Part shown: positions 19,820-30,013 of the stretch, piece after piece
Layout: the number at the start of each line of letters is the position of its first letter
Numbering within the stretch: the stretch's first letter is position 1
Assembly: GCA_030426125.1 (NCBI GenBank)
Contig: JAUHZB010000001.1
Span: 26,462-90,461 of the forward strand
Reading direction: 5' to 3'
Length of the DNA: 64,000 nt
Origin: a bacterium
GTDB lineage: Bacteria; Patescibacteriota; Saccharimonadia; Saccharimonadales; AWTP1-31
The notes under the pieces: model-generated
What the model saw: only the letters and a program-made list of their open reading frames with translations
What the model was told of the DNA's origin: nothing
The model's database searches: none
Translations under genes and position numbers: made by a program

Positions 19820-20797
19820 CTAGAATTCAGCTGTGACAAAAGCCACGTATAGCGCTTTCATGACATCTTCATGAGGCGCAAATAGATACTCACGGCCATC
19901 CTTTTTTATATATTGCCGTAACCCTTCACGCGTGAGTGTAAACTCAAATTCAGTATCAGTATGTGACACAAATTCATCTGATCCAAGCATCCTAGTGCTC
20001 ATTGAAATCGGACCAGATAATGGCAAAAGGGTTACCTCGAATTCTCTATTAAAATCTTCTACGTCTAGAATATCGCCAATTGAATCAGCGGCATCAACCT
20101 CTTCAGCTAGTACTCTATATAAGCCAGTCCGTCGTTTACCGCCCATAAACCCCTCTGCAGATATTATGGGTTCTGGAACGCAGTCTTCTTGACTAACTAT
20201 TTCATCAAATCGACTACAGAGGTAGGTATAAAGTCGCCCACTTGGTATACGCAGTAAATCTGCGTTTTGCTGAATTTCATAGAATTGATGCAGTGTTCTT
20301 GGTGTATCTAGTTCTGGCAACTCAGGTTCAATAATTGGTGGCTGAACTCGTGAATCATACTCAGAATGAGGATACGGTTTGGTTTGAGGCATATCCAACA
20401 TATGCGCTAACTGTTCAGCGTCACCTGCCAACCACTTGCCATTTCGGGGGTTCTTTAAAAACGGCTGAAAATTACTAGAAATCTGAAACAGTAATTCACA
20501 TTCCTCGATTATTTCTTCGCCCCAACTAATCATAGGTGGATTTTCAACATTTCTGATCTGTACTGTAGCACCCAAAAAGTCTACAGGATCGAATGGTAAT
20601 TCGGTAATTACAATCCTATTACCAGTTCTTTGATCAACAAAAACCGAGCAGTCATCTTGAATACGATCTTCAAATAATGCCCACTCAAGCTGTCGGTCAG
20701 CTATTTCGCGAACAGCCTGAAAATTATATAGAGTATCTTCTAGATACTGCTCTGGGCTAGTTGGACTATATGGTCCGCTAGGTCTATCATTTGACAT
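19820..20797 (-). CDS. hypothetical acidic cytoplasmic protein
   Basis: 325 aa, no TM, no recognised motif; sits upstream of the CIRCE-groESL unit. Confidence 0.4.
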   Translation of the reverse strand: MSNDRPSGPYSPTSPEQYLEDTLYNFQAVREIADRQLEWALFEDRIQDDCSVFVDQRTGNRIVITELPFDPVDFLGATVQIRNVENPPMISWGEEIIEECELLFQISSNFQPFLKNPRNGKWLAGDAEQLAHMLDMPQTKPYPHSEYDSRVQPPIIEPELPELDTPRTLHQFYEIQQNADLLRIPSGRLYTYLCSRFDEIVSQEDCVPEPIISAEGFMGGKRRTGLYRVLAEEVDAADSIGDILDVEDFNREFEVTLLPLSGPISMSTRMLGSDEFVSHTDTEFEFTLTREGLRQYIKKDGREYLFAPHEDVMKALYVAFVTAEF

Positions 20798-20870
20798 AAG
20801 TCATAATTATAACATAATATCTGTACTTTTTCTAAGCTTAATATTTTCTCCTTTGATATACTAATGCTTA

Positions 20871-21668
20871 ATGACAAAAACCATTCTAATGTGCTCACCT
20901 ACCTACTTCGCTGTGGAGTATGAAATTAATCCCTGGATGCATACAGATAATCCAGTTCAGCTGGATATGGCTAAGCAACAATGGCAAAAACTACATGACA
21001 TTTACACCGAGAAGTTAAACTGGGAAGTTAAGTTGGTTGAACCAGTTGAACACCTTCCAGACATGGTCTTTACGGCTAACGGCGCCTTGCTATATCAGGG
21101 CAAAGTAGCTCTACCAAACTTTAGACAGCCCGATCGTCAGCCGGAAACCGCTAAGTTTGAAGCTTGGTTCAAGCAACAAGGTTATGACCAACAATTCTTA
21201 CCAAAATATAACTTTGAGGGTGAAGGAGACGCCCTAATTTGGAATGACCTACTATTCGCAGGTTATCCTTGGCGTACAGATAAACCAGCTCACCGTGAAG
21301 TAGCGGATTTCCTACAAATAAAAACAGTTAGCCTGCAACTAGCTGATGCTCGGTTCTATCACCTAGATACTGCTCTGACAATAGTAGATAAGACAACTGT
21401 GGCAATATATCCTAAAGCCTTCACTAAAGAATCCCAGCAACTAATTCACCAAATAGTGCCTCACGTAATTGAGGCTAGTGATCAAGACGCCGTAGCTTAT
21501 GGTCTGAATGCTATGAGCGATGGGAAAAACATTGTTATCCCAGAGGGAGCTAATAATCTAATTGCTAAGTACCGTGAACATGGCTACAGTGTGCACCCTA
21601 CACCAATATCTGAATTCCAAAAATCTGGTGGTGGCGTTAAATGCTTAACTTTAGAAATCAGAGTCTGA
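20871..21668 (+). CDS. amidinotransferase-superfamily hydrolase, DDAH/arginine-deiminase-like (dimethylarginine dimethylaminohydrolase / citrulline-utilisation type)
   Basis: 265 aa; C-terminal SEFQKSGGGVKCLTLEI parallels DDAH active-site end (..IDGGVSCMSL..); length typical of DDAH-like enzymes. Confidence 0.6.
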   Translation: MTKTILMCSPTYFAVEYEINPWMHTDNPVQLDMAKQQWQKLHDIYTEKLNWEVKLVEPVEHLPDMVFTANGALLYQGKVALPNFRQPDRQPETAKFEAWFKQQGYDQQFLPKYNFEGEGDALIWNDLLFAGYPWRTDKPAHREVADFLQIKTVSLQLADARFYHLDTALTIVDKTTVAIYPKAFTKESQQLIHQIVPHVIEASDQDAVAYGLNAMSDGKNIVIPEGANNLIAKYREHGYSVHPTPISEFQKSGGGVKCLTLEIRV

Positions 21669-22058
21669 TGGACCGTGGTACCATAAGCTATCTGCTAAAT
21701 CTTGTCGAATTACTCTGTTAGTAAATTTTTCATCCAGCACCTGAGTAGTTAATACACTATCATTCAACACATACGGTTCTCTATCCATTAAATCAACGCC
21801 TGGGAAATGTTCCAATACCCTCATTACAGCCTCATCCGTATCCAAAGCTTCATCTATTCCTTCATTCAGGAAATGCGCTTTAGTAGTAACTAATAACGAA
21901 AAGCGTCCTATTGGAGGCACTGCTAGCATCATTTCAGCTCCAACCCAATTTGCGTTGCTATCTAATTCTTTGCCATATACATCAAAAGACTGAATCGTAT
22001 GACCAATCGGATTGTGGTTTTCGGCTCCACCGTCTTTTTCAGCTCCAAGTTCATTCAT
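21651..22058 (-). CDS. hypothetical protein
   Basis: 135 aa ORF, last gene of the murE-containing minus-strand operon; no motif recognised. Confidence 0.35.
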   Translation of the reverse strand: MNELGAEKDGGAENHNPIGHTIQSFDVYGKELDSNANWVGAEMMLAVPPIGRFSLLVTTKAHFLNEGIDEALDTDEAVMRVLEHFPGVDLMDREPYVLNDSVLTTQVLDEKFTNRVIRQDLADSLWYHGPSDSDF

Positions 22059-22089
22059 TAAGTCTTATTATACAACATTGGTGATATAA

Positions 22090-22818
22090 TTACAACTGTT
22101 TTTTAAACAATCTTCGGTACAGATTTTCTTCGGATTTTGGGTTATCTGCGCTATCACCTATGCGGGCAATAATACTATCACTACCATCTTCAAGTTCTAC
22201 CCCCATCCAATAACCACGAATCTTACTTCTGCCGAGTTTAGTATAATTTACGCCCTTTACAGATGTTACAGTATTTTTTGGGTGTCCATGCTCTGCAAAA
22301 AACACTAAATCTTTTAAAAATGCTCTGTCTAACTTACCAACCTGATTATCTTCTGGGCCACCTTTTCGAATTTGACTAGACATAAAGGGACGTAAATCAC
22401 AGTACTGGACTGCAACACCCGAATCACTGACGAGCCTATGAACATCTAAAGACATCTGATCACTTTGTCTGTCTAAGCCAAAAATTCTACCTCTAAATTG
22501 GTCTGTTCTAATACGAGCCCCATTTTGGATTACTACTTCCGATTCAAATCCAGTGGGTGGCGTTACTTCAACCGGTGGAAAAATATCTTCAATCGCAAGA
22601 AGCCTGTATCCTCCTTGGCGAGCTAGTTCATTGGCAGCGTCTAAACCCTCATTAAACTCATGAGAACGCGGATCGAACATACTTAAATCCTCCCATAACT
22701 CCAATGGTAGCTGAGGGAGTTCCGAGGATAGTGTTTTTGAATCTGCCATAGATAATTTTTTATGTTTAATGTTTTTATAACTAACATTAAATGTATCATT
22801 AATTGTTGCTTTTGTCAA
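22090..22818 (-). CDS. hypothetical protein (3-nt gap downstream of murE)
   Basis: 242 aa; tightly coupled to murE; FFAEHGHP motif of unknown significance. Confidence 0.4.
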   Translation of the reverse strand: MTKATINDTFNVSYKNIKHKKLSMADSKTLSSELPQLPLELWEDLSMFDPRSHEFNEGLDAANELARQGGYRLLAIEDIFPPVEVTPPTGFESEVVIQNGARIRTDQFRGRIFGLDRQSDQMSLDVHRLVSDSGVAVQYCDLRPFMSSQIRKGGPEDNQVGKLDRAFLKDLVFFAEHGHPKNTVTSVKGVNYTKLGRSKIRGYWMGVELEDGSDSIIARIGDSADNPKSEENLYRRLFKKQL

Positions 22819-22820
22819 TA

Positions 22821-24227
22821 TTATGTACGCTTAAGTGCTGATCTGGCAACCCGTACTTCATCGTAGTCACGTTTGACTACCCTTTTTGGATCATTATCAT
22901 TCTGAAGTTCATGGCGGTGTTTGGCCGCTTCTGGCCCATTAGTTAGAATAGATTTTTCGTGACCCTTACCGAGTAGTAAAATGACATCGTCTTTCTTAGC
23001 TATCTCGACTGCCTTAGCTACTGCTTCTTCACGTTTATGGATTTTAAATAGATCTTTTCCATCTGTCTTTCCTGACTCGCTAGCTCCACCAGCGATCTGA
23101 TCCAGTATCTCTAGACCGTCAACGTCACGATCATCTTCTTCGGTTACTATTACGATGTCACAGTATTTACCAGCTATTCTTCCCTGCTCTGCTCGCTTAG
23201 CTTCATCACGTCGTCCAGCACTACCAAAAAGAGATATCAGGCGTCCCTTGGTGACTGGTTTAATTTCTTTGAATACTTTCTCAAAACTTTCTGGAGTATG
23301 GGCATAATCTACAATAACTTCAAAGTCTTGTCCTTCATCAACTCTGGTCATCCGACCTTCAACCGTCTTTAGACTAGCAATCCCCTGCTCTACCTGCTCG
23401 GTAGTCAAGCCGATGGCTCTACCGACAGCCACGCAAGCTAGCGAATTATATACATTGAAACTACCTGGCAAATGACACTGTATTGCATAACTATCTTCCT
23501 CAATCTTGGCGGTGTACTTGCTACCAGCCGGCGTGGTTTGAATATCTACAGCCCTAAGTTGCCCGTTTTCTACTCCATAACTAATTGGGTTGGCAACTTC
23601 TTTAGCAAATAGCTCTCCGCTTGGGTCATCAGCATTTGCCACCCCAACCCTTAAACCTGCCTTGTTCTGATTTACCTGCTTAAACAGTAGTTTCTTAGCA
23701 TCTCTATAACGTTCAAAAGTACCGTGGTAGTCCAAATGTTCATGACCAATATTAGTCATCACCCCAATAGATATGGGCACCCCCCAGACTCGGTGCTGGG
23801 CCAAAGCATGGGAGGTAATCTCCATTATTAGCCAATCCACTTCATTGGCTTTTATTGTCTTTACAATGGTCATCAACTCACCGGCACCCATAGTGGTCAT
23901 CCGGGTGGAGTTTGGTTGTTCCCCTTTGCCGTCACCATAGTCAACACTTATGGTAGTAATTACTGCCACCTTAAGTCCGGCGTTTCGAAGCATTTGGGCA
24001 ATAAGTGTGGAAGTGGTGGTCTTCCCATCAGTGCCAGTAACTCCAATAATATTCATGCCTTTAGCTGGAAAGCCGTGCTGATACTGGGCAATTACTGCCT
24101 CTGCTAAGTGGCCAGTCGGTTCTATTCTCTTAAAAATAGCGCTTGGTATTACTTTCTTTACTGTATCTCGCAAATTCATAGCTACATTATTCCACGACCA
24201 AAGCACATTAGCCATTGAATTATGCAA
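22821..24227 (-). CDS. murE: Mur ligase family, probable UDP-N-acetylmuramoyl-L-alanyl-D-glutamate--L-lysine/2,6-diaminopimelate ligase MurE
   Basis: IGVTGTDGKTTTSTLIAQML P-loop, DYAHTPES motif, about 470 aa three-domain Mur ligase layout. Confidence 0.65.
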   Translation of the reverse strand: MHNSMANVLWSWNNVAMNLRDTVKKVIPSAIFKRIEPTGHLAEAVIAQYQHGFPAKGMNIIGVTGTDGKTTTSTLIAQMLRNAGLKVAVITTISVDYGDGKGEQPNSTRMTTMGAGELMTIVKTIKANEVDWLIMEITSHALAQHRVWGVPISIGVMTNIGHEHLDYHGTFERYRDAKKLLFKQVNQNKAGLRVGVANADDPSGELFAKEVANPISYGVENGQLRAVDIQTTPAGSKYTAKIEEDSYAIQCHLPGSFNVYNSLACVAVGRAIGLTTEQVEQGIASLKTVEGRMTRVDEGQDFEVIVDYAHTPESFEKVFKEIKPVTKGRLISLFGSAGRRDEAKRAEQGRIAGKYCDIVIVTEEDDRDVDGLEILDQIAGGASESGKTDGKDLFKIHKREEAVAKAVEIAKKDDVILLLGKGHEKSILTNGPEAAKHRHELQNDNDPKRVVKRDYDEVRVARSALKRT

Positions 24228-24279
24228 TTTAGTCCTTTCTTGGTTATTAGTTCCCTTTTTAAGCTATAATGCAACAGAT

Positions 24280-25446
24280 ATGAGAGTTCTTGGAATTGAA
24301 ACTAGCTGTGATGAAACCAGTGCTTCTGTAGTTGAAGATGGCAATAAATTGTTGTCTCTAGTTACCTCCACTTCACTGGATCTACACGCCCAATATGGCG
24401 GAGTAGTGCCCGAGATTGCTGCTAGAAGCCACATTGAAGCCATTATGCCAGTTATTGAACAAACATTAAGCGAAGCTGGTAATAATGAACCTAAACTCAC
24501 TGAAAACGGCCTAAATATCTGGGATAGCATTGATGCTATTGCCGTTACCTACGGAGCTGGTTTAGGTGGTTGCCTGCTAGTCGGAGTAATGACTGCTCGA
24601 ACTCTTGCCATTACCAAAAACAAGCCCCTATATGCCATTAACCACGTCGAAGCACATGTATATGCCAACTTTCTAACCGAGCTAGCGCCCGGACTAGCTG
24701 ATGCCTACAAACTGCCAAGTAGTCAGCCCGACTTCCCTTGCCTGGCTCTTATTGTCAGTGGTGGTCACAGTCAACTTGTCTATTTTAAAGATCACTTTGA
24801 CTATATCTTACTAGGCCAAACCGTTGATGATGCCATCGGTGAAGCCTTCGATAAAGTAGCTAAAATCTTAGGTCTTCCCTACCCTGGCGGACCAAGTATT
24901 GCCCAGCAAGCAGTCTCTGGTAACCCCAAGGCTTTTGATTTCCCTAAAGCCAAACTTCATACCGAAAATACTGATCTAGAAAAATTCCGAAAAGAAATGG
25001 ACACTAATCCCAGCAATAATAAAACTAACTATGATTATTCTTTTTCTGGCCCCAAAACTGCCGTTTTAAGGACTATTCAAAAGCTTTGCGGGAAAAACCA
25101 CGACTTCCCTTCTTTTAAGCTAGCAGAGCTGCTCAGTGAGTCTCAGAAAGCAGACATAGCAGCCAGCTTCCAACGCGTTGCTGTTGAAACGGTCGTAGAC
25201 AAAACAGTCCAAGCCTATAATGAATTCCAGCCGAAATCGGTGGTGATTGGTGGCGGTGTAGCTGCCAGCCCAGAGCTAAGAAGACAACTGGCTGAAAAAT
25301 TACCTATTAGCATCCAGTACACCGATCCGAAGCTATGCACCGATAACGGTGCCATGGTCGCTACTCTAGGCTGTTTTAAGAGAGAACACCAACAACCAAC
25401 GGCCGATCCTTACAGTTTAGATATCCAGCCGAACTTATCGATGTAG
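24280..25446 (+). CDS. tsaD: tRNA N6-adenosine threonylcarbamoyltransferase TsaD (Kae1/Gcp family)
   Basis: MRVLGIETSCDETSASVV N-terminus and HxEAH metal-binding motif (HVEAHVYAN); contains an internal insertion relative to typical 340-aa TsaD. Confidence 0.85.
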   Translation: MRVLGIETSCDETSASVVEDGNKLLSLVTSTSLDLHAQYGGVVPEIAARSHIEAIMPVIEQTLSEAGNNEPKLTENGLNIWDSIDAIAVTYGAGLGGCLLVGVMTARTLAITKNKPLYAINHVEAHVYANFLTELAPGLADAYKLPSSQPDFPCLALIVSGGHSQLVYFKDHFDYILLGQTVDDAIGEAFDKVAKILGLPYPGGPSIAQQAVSGNPKAFDFPKAKLHTENTDLEKFRKEMDTNPSNNKTNYDYSFSGPKTAVLRTIQKLCGKNHDFPSFKLAELLSESQKADIAASFQRVAVETVVDKTVQAYNEFQPKSVVIGGGVAASPELRRQLAEKLPISIQYTDPKLCTDNGAMVATLGCFKREHQQPTADPYSLDIQPNLSM

Positions 25447-25798
25447 GCCTCTGTTGTAGATATACTTACAACATATATGGTTATGCTTGTCAATGTTGAC
25501 GCTTATGTTTTATAGCGTTACTCTATTATCGAAAACAAACATTTTGTGTAGCTCTAAAAAAACCTTGGAGCTACACACAATTCAGAAAAAATTAGTTAAA
25601 TCGGTCGTGTGGGCGACGTTAAAGAGGACTTCTGCGACAATAAGTCTTGTTTTTGGTTGCCTATTTTTCACGTGAAACGGCTAATGTTTCAACTATTGCA
25701 GTTTCTAACAGAGGTGCTATGATGTAAGCAACATAACTAATGTGTTGATGTGTAAATATTAATCCCCTTGGAGAACAGTTGTACCGACTTATCGAATT

Positions 25799-28348
25799 AT
25801 GAAGTTACCAAAAACCTACGATCCTCAAAAAAGCGAAGCTAATATCTATAAGCTTTGGGAAGAAAATGGAGCTTTTAAGCCAAAAAACAGAGGTTCCAAG
25901 GCTAGCTTTAGCATGGTTGTGCCACCACCAAACGCCAACGGCGATCTACATATGGGCCATGGCCTAACCCTTGGGATTGAAGACATCGCCGTACGCTACC
26001 ACCGGATGAAAGGTGAAGCTTCCCTGCTCTTGCCTGGCGCCGATCACGCCGGCTTTGAAACTTGGGTAGTTTACGAAAAACAACTAGTCAAAGAAGGCAA
26101 AAGTCGTTTCGATTTCTCTCGTGAGGAACTCTACCGTCAGATTTGGGATTTTGTAGCCCTAAATAAAGACAATTACCAAACACAATTCCGCCAACTAGGT
26201 GCCAGTGTCGATTGGTCTAGGTTTGTCTATACCCTAGATGACAAAATTATTAAGCAAGCCTACAAATCTTTCAAGAAGATGTGGGATGATGGATTAATCT
26301 ATCGGGCCAACAAACTGGTGAATTTCTGTACTTACCACGGTACCGGTTTTGCAGATATAGAAGTAGCTCATAAAGACAGTAAAGGACACCTTTGGTACAT
26401 TGAATACCCGCTAACCGATGGTAGTGGAGTTATTGAAGTAGCAACTACCCGTCCAGAAACAATGCTCGGTGACACCGCTGTAGCCGTTAATCCTGAAGAT
26501 GAACGCTACCAGAAGTTTATCGGTAAAACCATAAAATTACCGCTGACCAACAGGGAAATCCCAATCATTGCCGATGACTACGTCGACTCTGATTACGGAA
26601 CCGGCGCCGTCAAGATAACTCCGGCACACGACCCCAACGATTTCGATATGTCTGAACGCCATGATTTAGCCAAAATAACAGTTATTGGTCATGATGGGCT
26701 AATTACTCACCAAGCTCCTGAAGAGTTTGTTGGACTAGACGTGGACCAGGCCAGGGAAGCAGTAATCAAAGCTCTGACTGATCAGAAATTACTAAAGAAA
26801 AGGGAAGAGATCGAACATAGCGTAGCCCATTGCTACAAATGTGACACTGTTATTCAACCCCTACTACGTGAACAGTGGTTTATTGACACTAAACCTCTAG
26901 CGAGTGAGGCTATCAAGGCCTTAAAAGATAAGAAAATTAAATTCTATCCAGACAATAAACGAGTTCAACTTATTAACTACCTAGAAGGTCTTCGGGATTG
27001 GAACATTAGTCGCCAGATTGCTTGGGGAATACCGATTCCAGCCTTCCGCAGTGCTAGCGACCCAGATAAATGGATATTCAACGAACAAGTTGATCAGGAA
27101 ACCATCACTGTTGATGGCCAGCAATACTATCGTGATCCAGACGTATTTGATACTTGGTTTAGTAGCTCCAGCTGGCCCTACGCCACTCTAGATTTTCCGG
27201 GTGGGGAAGACTTCGATAAATTCTATCCATTAAGTACCATGGAGACCGGCGCCGACATTCTCTACCCCTGGGTCAGTCGCATGATAATGTTCGGCCTCTA
27301 TAACACCGGTAAAATTCCTTTCGAAAACGTCTACCTACACGGGCTAATCCAAGACGAAAATGGTCAAAAGATGAGTAAAAGTAAGGGTAATGTTATTAAC
27401 CCAATAATTAAAGTTAAAGAATTCGGCTCTGATGCATTTCGTATGGGCATCATTTCTGGTGAATCAGCTGGCAATAACAGACCCTACGACGAATCTAAAA
27501 TTATTGGAGCTCGAAACTTCTGCAATAAGCTATGGAACATCGCCCGTTTTATTCAGGAAAAAACAACTGATACAAAAACCGACCAAGAACCGCAAGCTGT
27601 CACTATAGCTGATCATTGGATGTTGTCTAAGCTACAACAAGTAACAGAGAAGGTTAGCAAGAATTTAGATGACTACCGCTTCAGTGAGGCCTACGATAGT
27701 ATTTACCACTTCGTGTGGGATGACTTCGCAAGCTGGTACATAGAAGCTTCCAAGACGAAGCCAAATCTAGGGCTTCTAAAGTTTGGGCTACAGTCAATTC
27801 TAAAACTTACCCACCCATTTGCTCCATTTGTAACCGAAACCATCTGGCAAGAGCTAGATTGGAGCGATGAACTACTAATTACCTCCGCCTGGCCAGTAGT
27901 TGATAGCGCCGATAAATCTGCTGCTAAACAATTCGAAGATTTGAAGAATATAGTTACCGAAATTCGGCAACTCAAGAAAGCTATTGGTTTCAAGCAAAGC
28001 AAGCTACTGCACTCCAGTAAACTAATTAGCGAACAATCTGAACTACTAGGCCAACTAGCAAAGATTGACCAGCTCCAGAAAACAGACGAGGGAAGGGGAT
28101 ATCGCTTAAAATCTACCTCGCAACAAGCCTGGCTAGACATCGATGAACAGACTCTAAAGTCCTACCATAAACAACTACGCGAAAAACTAGGTAACACCAA
28201 CCAGCAAATAGATAACCTAGTTGGTCGCTTAGCTAATAAAAGCTACTTAGAAAACGCTCCCGCTAAGTTGGTTGAAGACACTAAACAACAACTGGAAGAA
28301 GCGCGCACTAAAGCTGATCTACTCAAAAAAGAAATCGGGCAACTGTAA
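25799..28348 (+). CDS. valS: valine--tRNA ligase
   Basis: 849 aa; PPPNANGDLHMGHGL (HIGH region as in ValRS PPPNVTGSLHMGH), KMSKSKGNVI, C-terminal coiled coil typical of ValRS. Confidence 0.9.
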   Translation: MKLPKTYDPQKSEANIYKLWEENGAFKPKNRGSKASFSMVVPPPNANGDLHMGHGLTLGIEDIAVRYHRMKGEASLLLPGADHAGFETWVVYEKQLVKEGKSRFDFSREELYRQIWDFVALNKDNYQTQFRQLGASVDWSRFVYTLDDKIIKQAYKSFKKMWDDGLIYRANKLVNFCTYHGTGFADIEVAHKDSKGHLWYIEYPLTDGSGVIEVATTRPETMLGDTAVAVNPEDERYQKFIGKTIKLPLTNREIPIIADDYVDSDYGTGAVKITPAHDPNDFDMSERHDLAKITVIGHDGLITHQAPEEFVGLDVDQAREAVIKALTDQKLLKKREEIEHSVAHCYKCDTVIQPLLREQWFIDTKPLASEAIKALKDKKIKFYPDNKRVQLINYLEGLRDWNISRQIAWGIPIPAFRSASDPDKWIFNEQVDQETITVDGQQYYRDPDVFDTWFSSSSWPYATLDFPGGEDFDKFYPLSTMETGADILYPWVSRMIMFGLYNTGKIPFENVYLHGLIQDENGQKMSKSKGNVINPIIKVKEFGSDAFRMGIISGESAGNNRPYDESKIIGARNFCNKLWNIARFIQEKTTDTKTDQEPQAVTIADHWMLSKLQQVTEKVSKNLDDYRFSEAYDSIYHFVWDDFASWYIEASKTKPNLGLLKFGLQSILKLTHPFAPFVTETIWQELDWSDELLITSAWPVVDSADKSAAKQFEDLKNIVTEIRQLKKAIGFKQSKLLHSSKLISEQSELLGQLAKIDQLQKTDEGRGYRLKSTSQQAWLDIDEQTLKSYHKQLREKLGNTNQQIDNLVGRLANKSYLENAPAKLVEDTKQQLEEARTKADLLKKEIGQL

Positions 28349-28350
28349 CC

Positions 28351-29208
28351 CTAACCTTTGGCCGGCTCTAAAGCGATTCTAGCCCTTTTAGCTGATTCAG
28401 CGCTGTCATAGTCGTTAAACCACATTACATGCCAGCCAGCCTTCTGTGCGGGCATCAGGTTAGCCCTAGTATCGTCAATTAGTAGTATCTCTTCAGCCGC
28501 TACTCCAGCCTTGGCTTCGGCCACCTGGTAAACCTTTGGGTTGGGTTTAATCTCGCCGACTTCGGAAGAGTCGACAATAGCGTCATATTTTACCTCAGGT
28601 AGTAGTCCGGCATTCATCATCTGTTTAATGAAGCCTTGGCCAATATTGCTCATTAGCCCCACTAAGTAATGTTCTGAGGCCCAACGCACTAGATCGTGCA
28701 TTTCTTGAATCGGCTCAACTGCTTTTATGTAGTAGTCTTCCCAATCTATACGCTCAATACCAAGGTCTTTAGCAAACTGTTTGTTGAACTGGCTTATAGT
28801 CATCTCGCCGGTACAAACGTCATCGTTATATTTCCAGAAGGTAGATTCAATTATGTCGGGAGTTAATTGGTAATCCTCAGCTATCGCCGTGAAAGCTCTA
28901 TGGAAGAAGCGCACTAAACAGCCATTAATGTCGAAGTAAATAAAACGGACACCGCTTTTGGTGACTTGCTTTTCACTATTATTGCTTACGGCCTTAAAAC
29001 CGACTAGATCATCTAGCGACACTCCTAAGACTTCGGCAATAGAACGAATGGTAAAGATAGAAGGGGATTTAATAGCCCCTCTCTCTATCTTTGCTAAGGT
29101 AGAGTAGCTAAGATTGGCCTTCTGACACATCGCCTGTTGAGTCAGGCCGGCATTTTGCCGGGCCGACTGCAATCTCTGACCAAGACTCTTTTCGTCCACC
29201 ACACTCAT
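28351..29208 (-). CDS. XRE-family HTH domain fused to HAD-superfamily hydrolase domain
   Basis: N-term LGQRLQSARQNAGLTQQAMCQKANLSYSTLAKIERG (XRE HTH); C-term FDINGCLV (HAD motif I DxDx[TV]), LMSNIG (motif II), K...LLIDDTRANL (motifs III/IV). Confidence 0.65.
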   Translation of the reverse strand: MSVVDEKSLGQRLQSARQNAGLTQQAMCQKANLSYSTLAKIERGAIKSPSIFTIRSIAEVLGVSLDDLVGFKAVSNNSEKQVTKSGVRFIYFDINGCLVRFFHRAFTAIAEDYQLTPDIIESTFWKYNDDVCTGEMTISQFNKQFAKDLGIERIDWEDYYIKAVEPIQEMHDLVRWASEHYLVGLMSNIGQGFIKQMMNAGLLPEVKYDAIVDSSEVGEIKPNPKVYQVAEAKAGVAAEEILLIDDTRANLMPAQKAGWHVMWFNDYDSAESAKRARIALEPAKG

Positions 29209-29295
29209 TAGCCATATAATACCAATTCGTGACCAAAAAACCTAGTGTTTTATGTACTATGTGGCTATCTGAATTAAAGCCTAGATCAAGGTCGT

Positions 29296-29481
29296 TTAGC
29301 TCTCGATTAGGTTTGTTATGAAAATCAATATGCTATAGAAGAGAATAAAGGCCATAACGCCAACAACGCCAGCACCAATTAGTGAGCGCTGGGTTATGCC
29401 ACCACTGCGACGCTGGAATTTACTATAGACCCAAACAGATACGCTAATCGAGAAAATAAAAGAGGTTAAAAAGTTGCCCAT
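29296..29481 (-). CDS. small two-TM membrane protein (hypothetical)
   Basis: 61 aa, two hydrophobic helices; upstream of HIT gene on same strand. Confidence 0.3.
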   Translation of the reverse strand: MGNFLTSFIFSISVSVWVYSKFQRRSGGITQRSLIGAGVVGVMAFILFYSILIFITNLIES

Positions 29482-29486
29482 GTTAC

Positions 29487-29891
29487 TTAAATTATAGCAC
29501 TTTCGGTAATTTTTTTAGCAACTTCTTCTAGAGCTGACAAGTCTGGCTGATTTTCCGGATCGGGAACAAACAGGTATTCCTCTAAGGTGTCGAATGGCAA
29601 CACATGAACGTGAGCATGTGGCACTTCAATTCCAACAACTTGAATACCGATTCTTTTTCGCTTAAAGACTTCTTTTAGTTTTTTAGAGACCTTGTGTACC
29701 GTACTCCAAACCGCTTGATAGTCTTCAGGTTCTAGATCATCAATATGGTCAATCTGTTTTTTGGGAATTACTAGGGTGTGTCCCGGTTGTGAAGGGTTAA
29801 TAGTTAAAATGGCGATTGTTTTATCGTCTTCATAGAGTTTAAAACTCGGTAACTCATCTTTAATAATCTTGGTAAATACTGAATCAGTCAT
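29487..29891 (-). CDS. HIT (histidine triad) family nucleotide hydrolase
   Basis: 134 aa; histidine triad VPHAHVHVLPF. Confidence 0.8.
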   Translation of the reverse strand: MTDSVFTKIIKDELPSFKLYEDDKTIAILTINPSQPGHTLVIPKKQIDHIDDLEPEDYQAVWSTVHKVSKKLKEVFKRKRIGIQVVGIEVPHAHVHVLPFDTLEEYLFVPDPENQPDLSALEEVAKKITESAII

Positions 29892-30013
29892 AATATAATT
29901 ATCCTTAATTTACTGCTAACTACTGCTATTATATCGCAGCCTAAAGACTAGAGTTATACAAATACAATAGTTACGCTTATGTATATAGCCTGAAATTTAG
30001 ATATACTTCTACA

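Noticed and set aside
25447-25798. T-box riboswitch upstream of valS
   Set aside because: Could not locate the conserved T-box sequence or a specifier/antiterminator arrangement by eye; kept only as a generic structured-leader candidate. The 62-aa ORF 25487-25675 here looks non-coding (hydrophobic nonsense).
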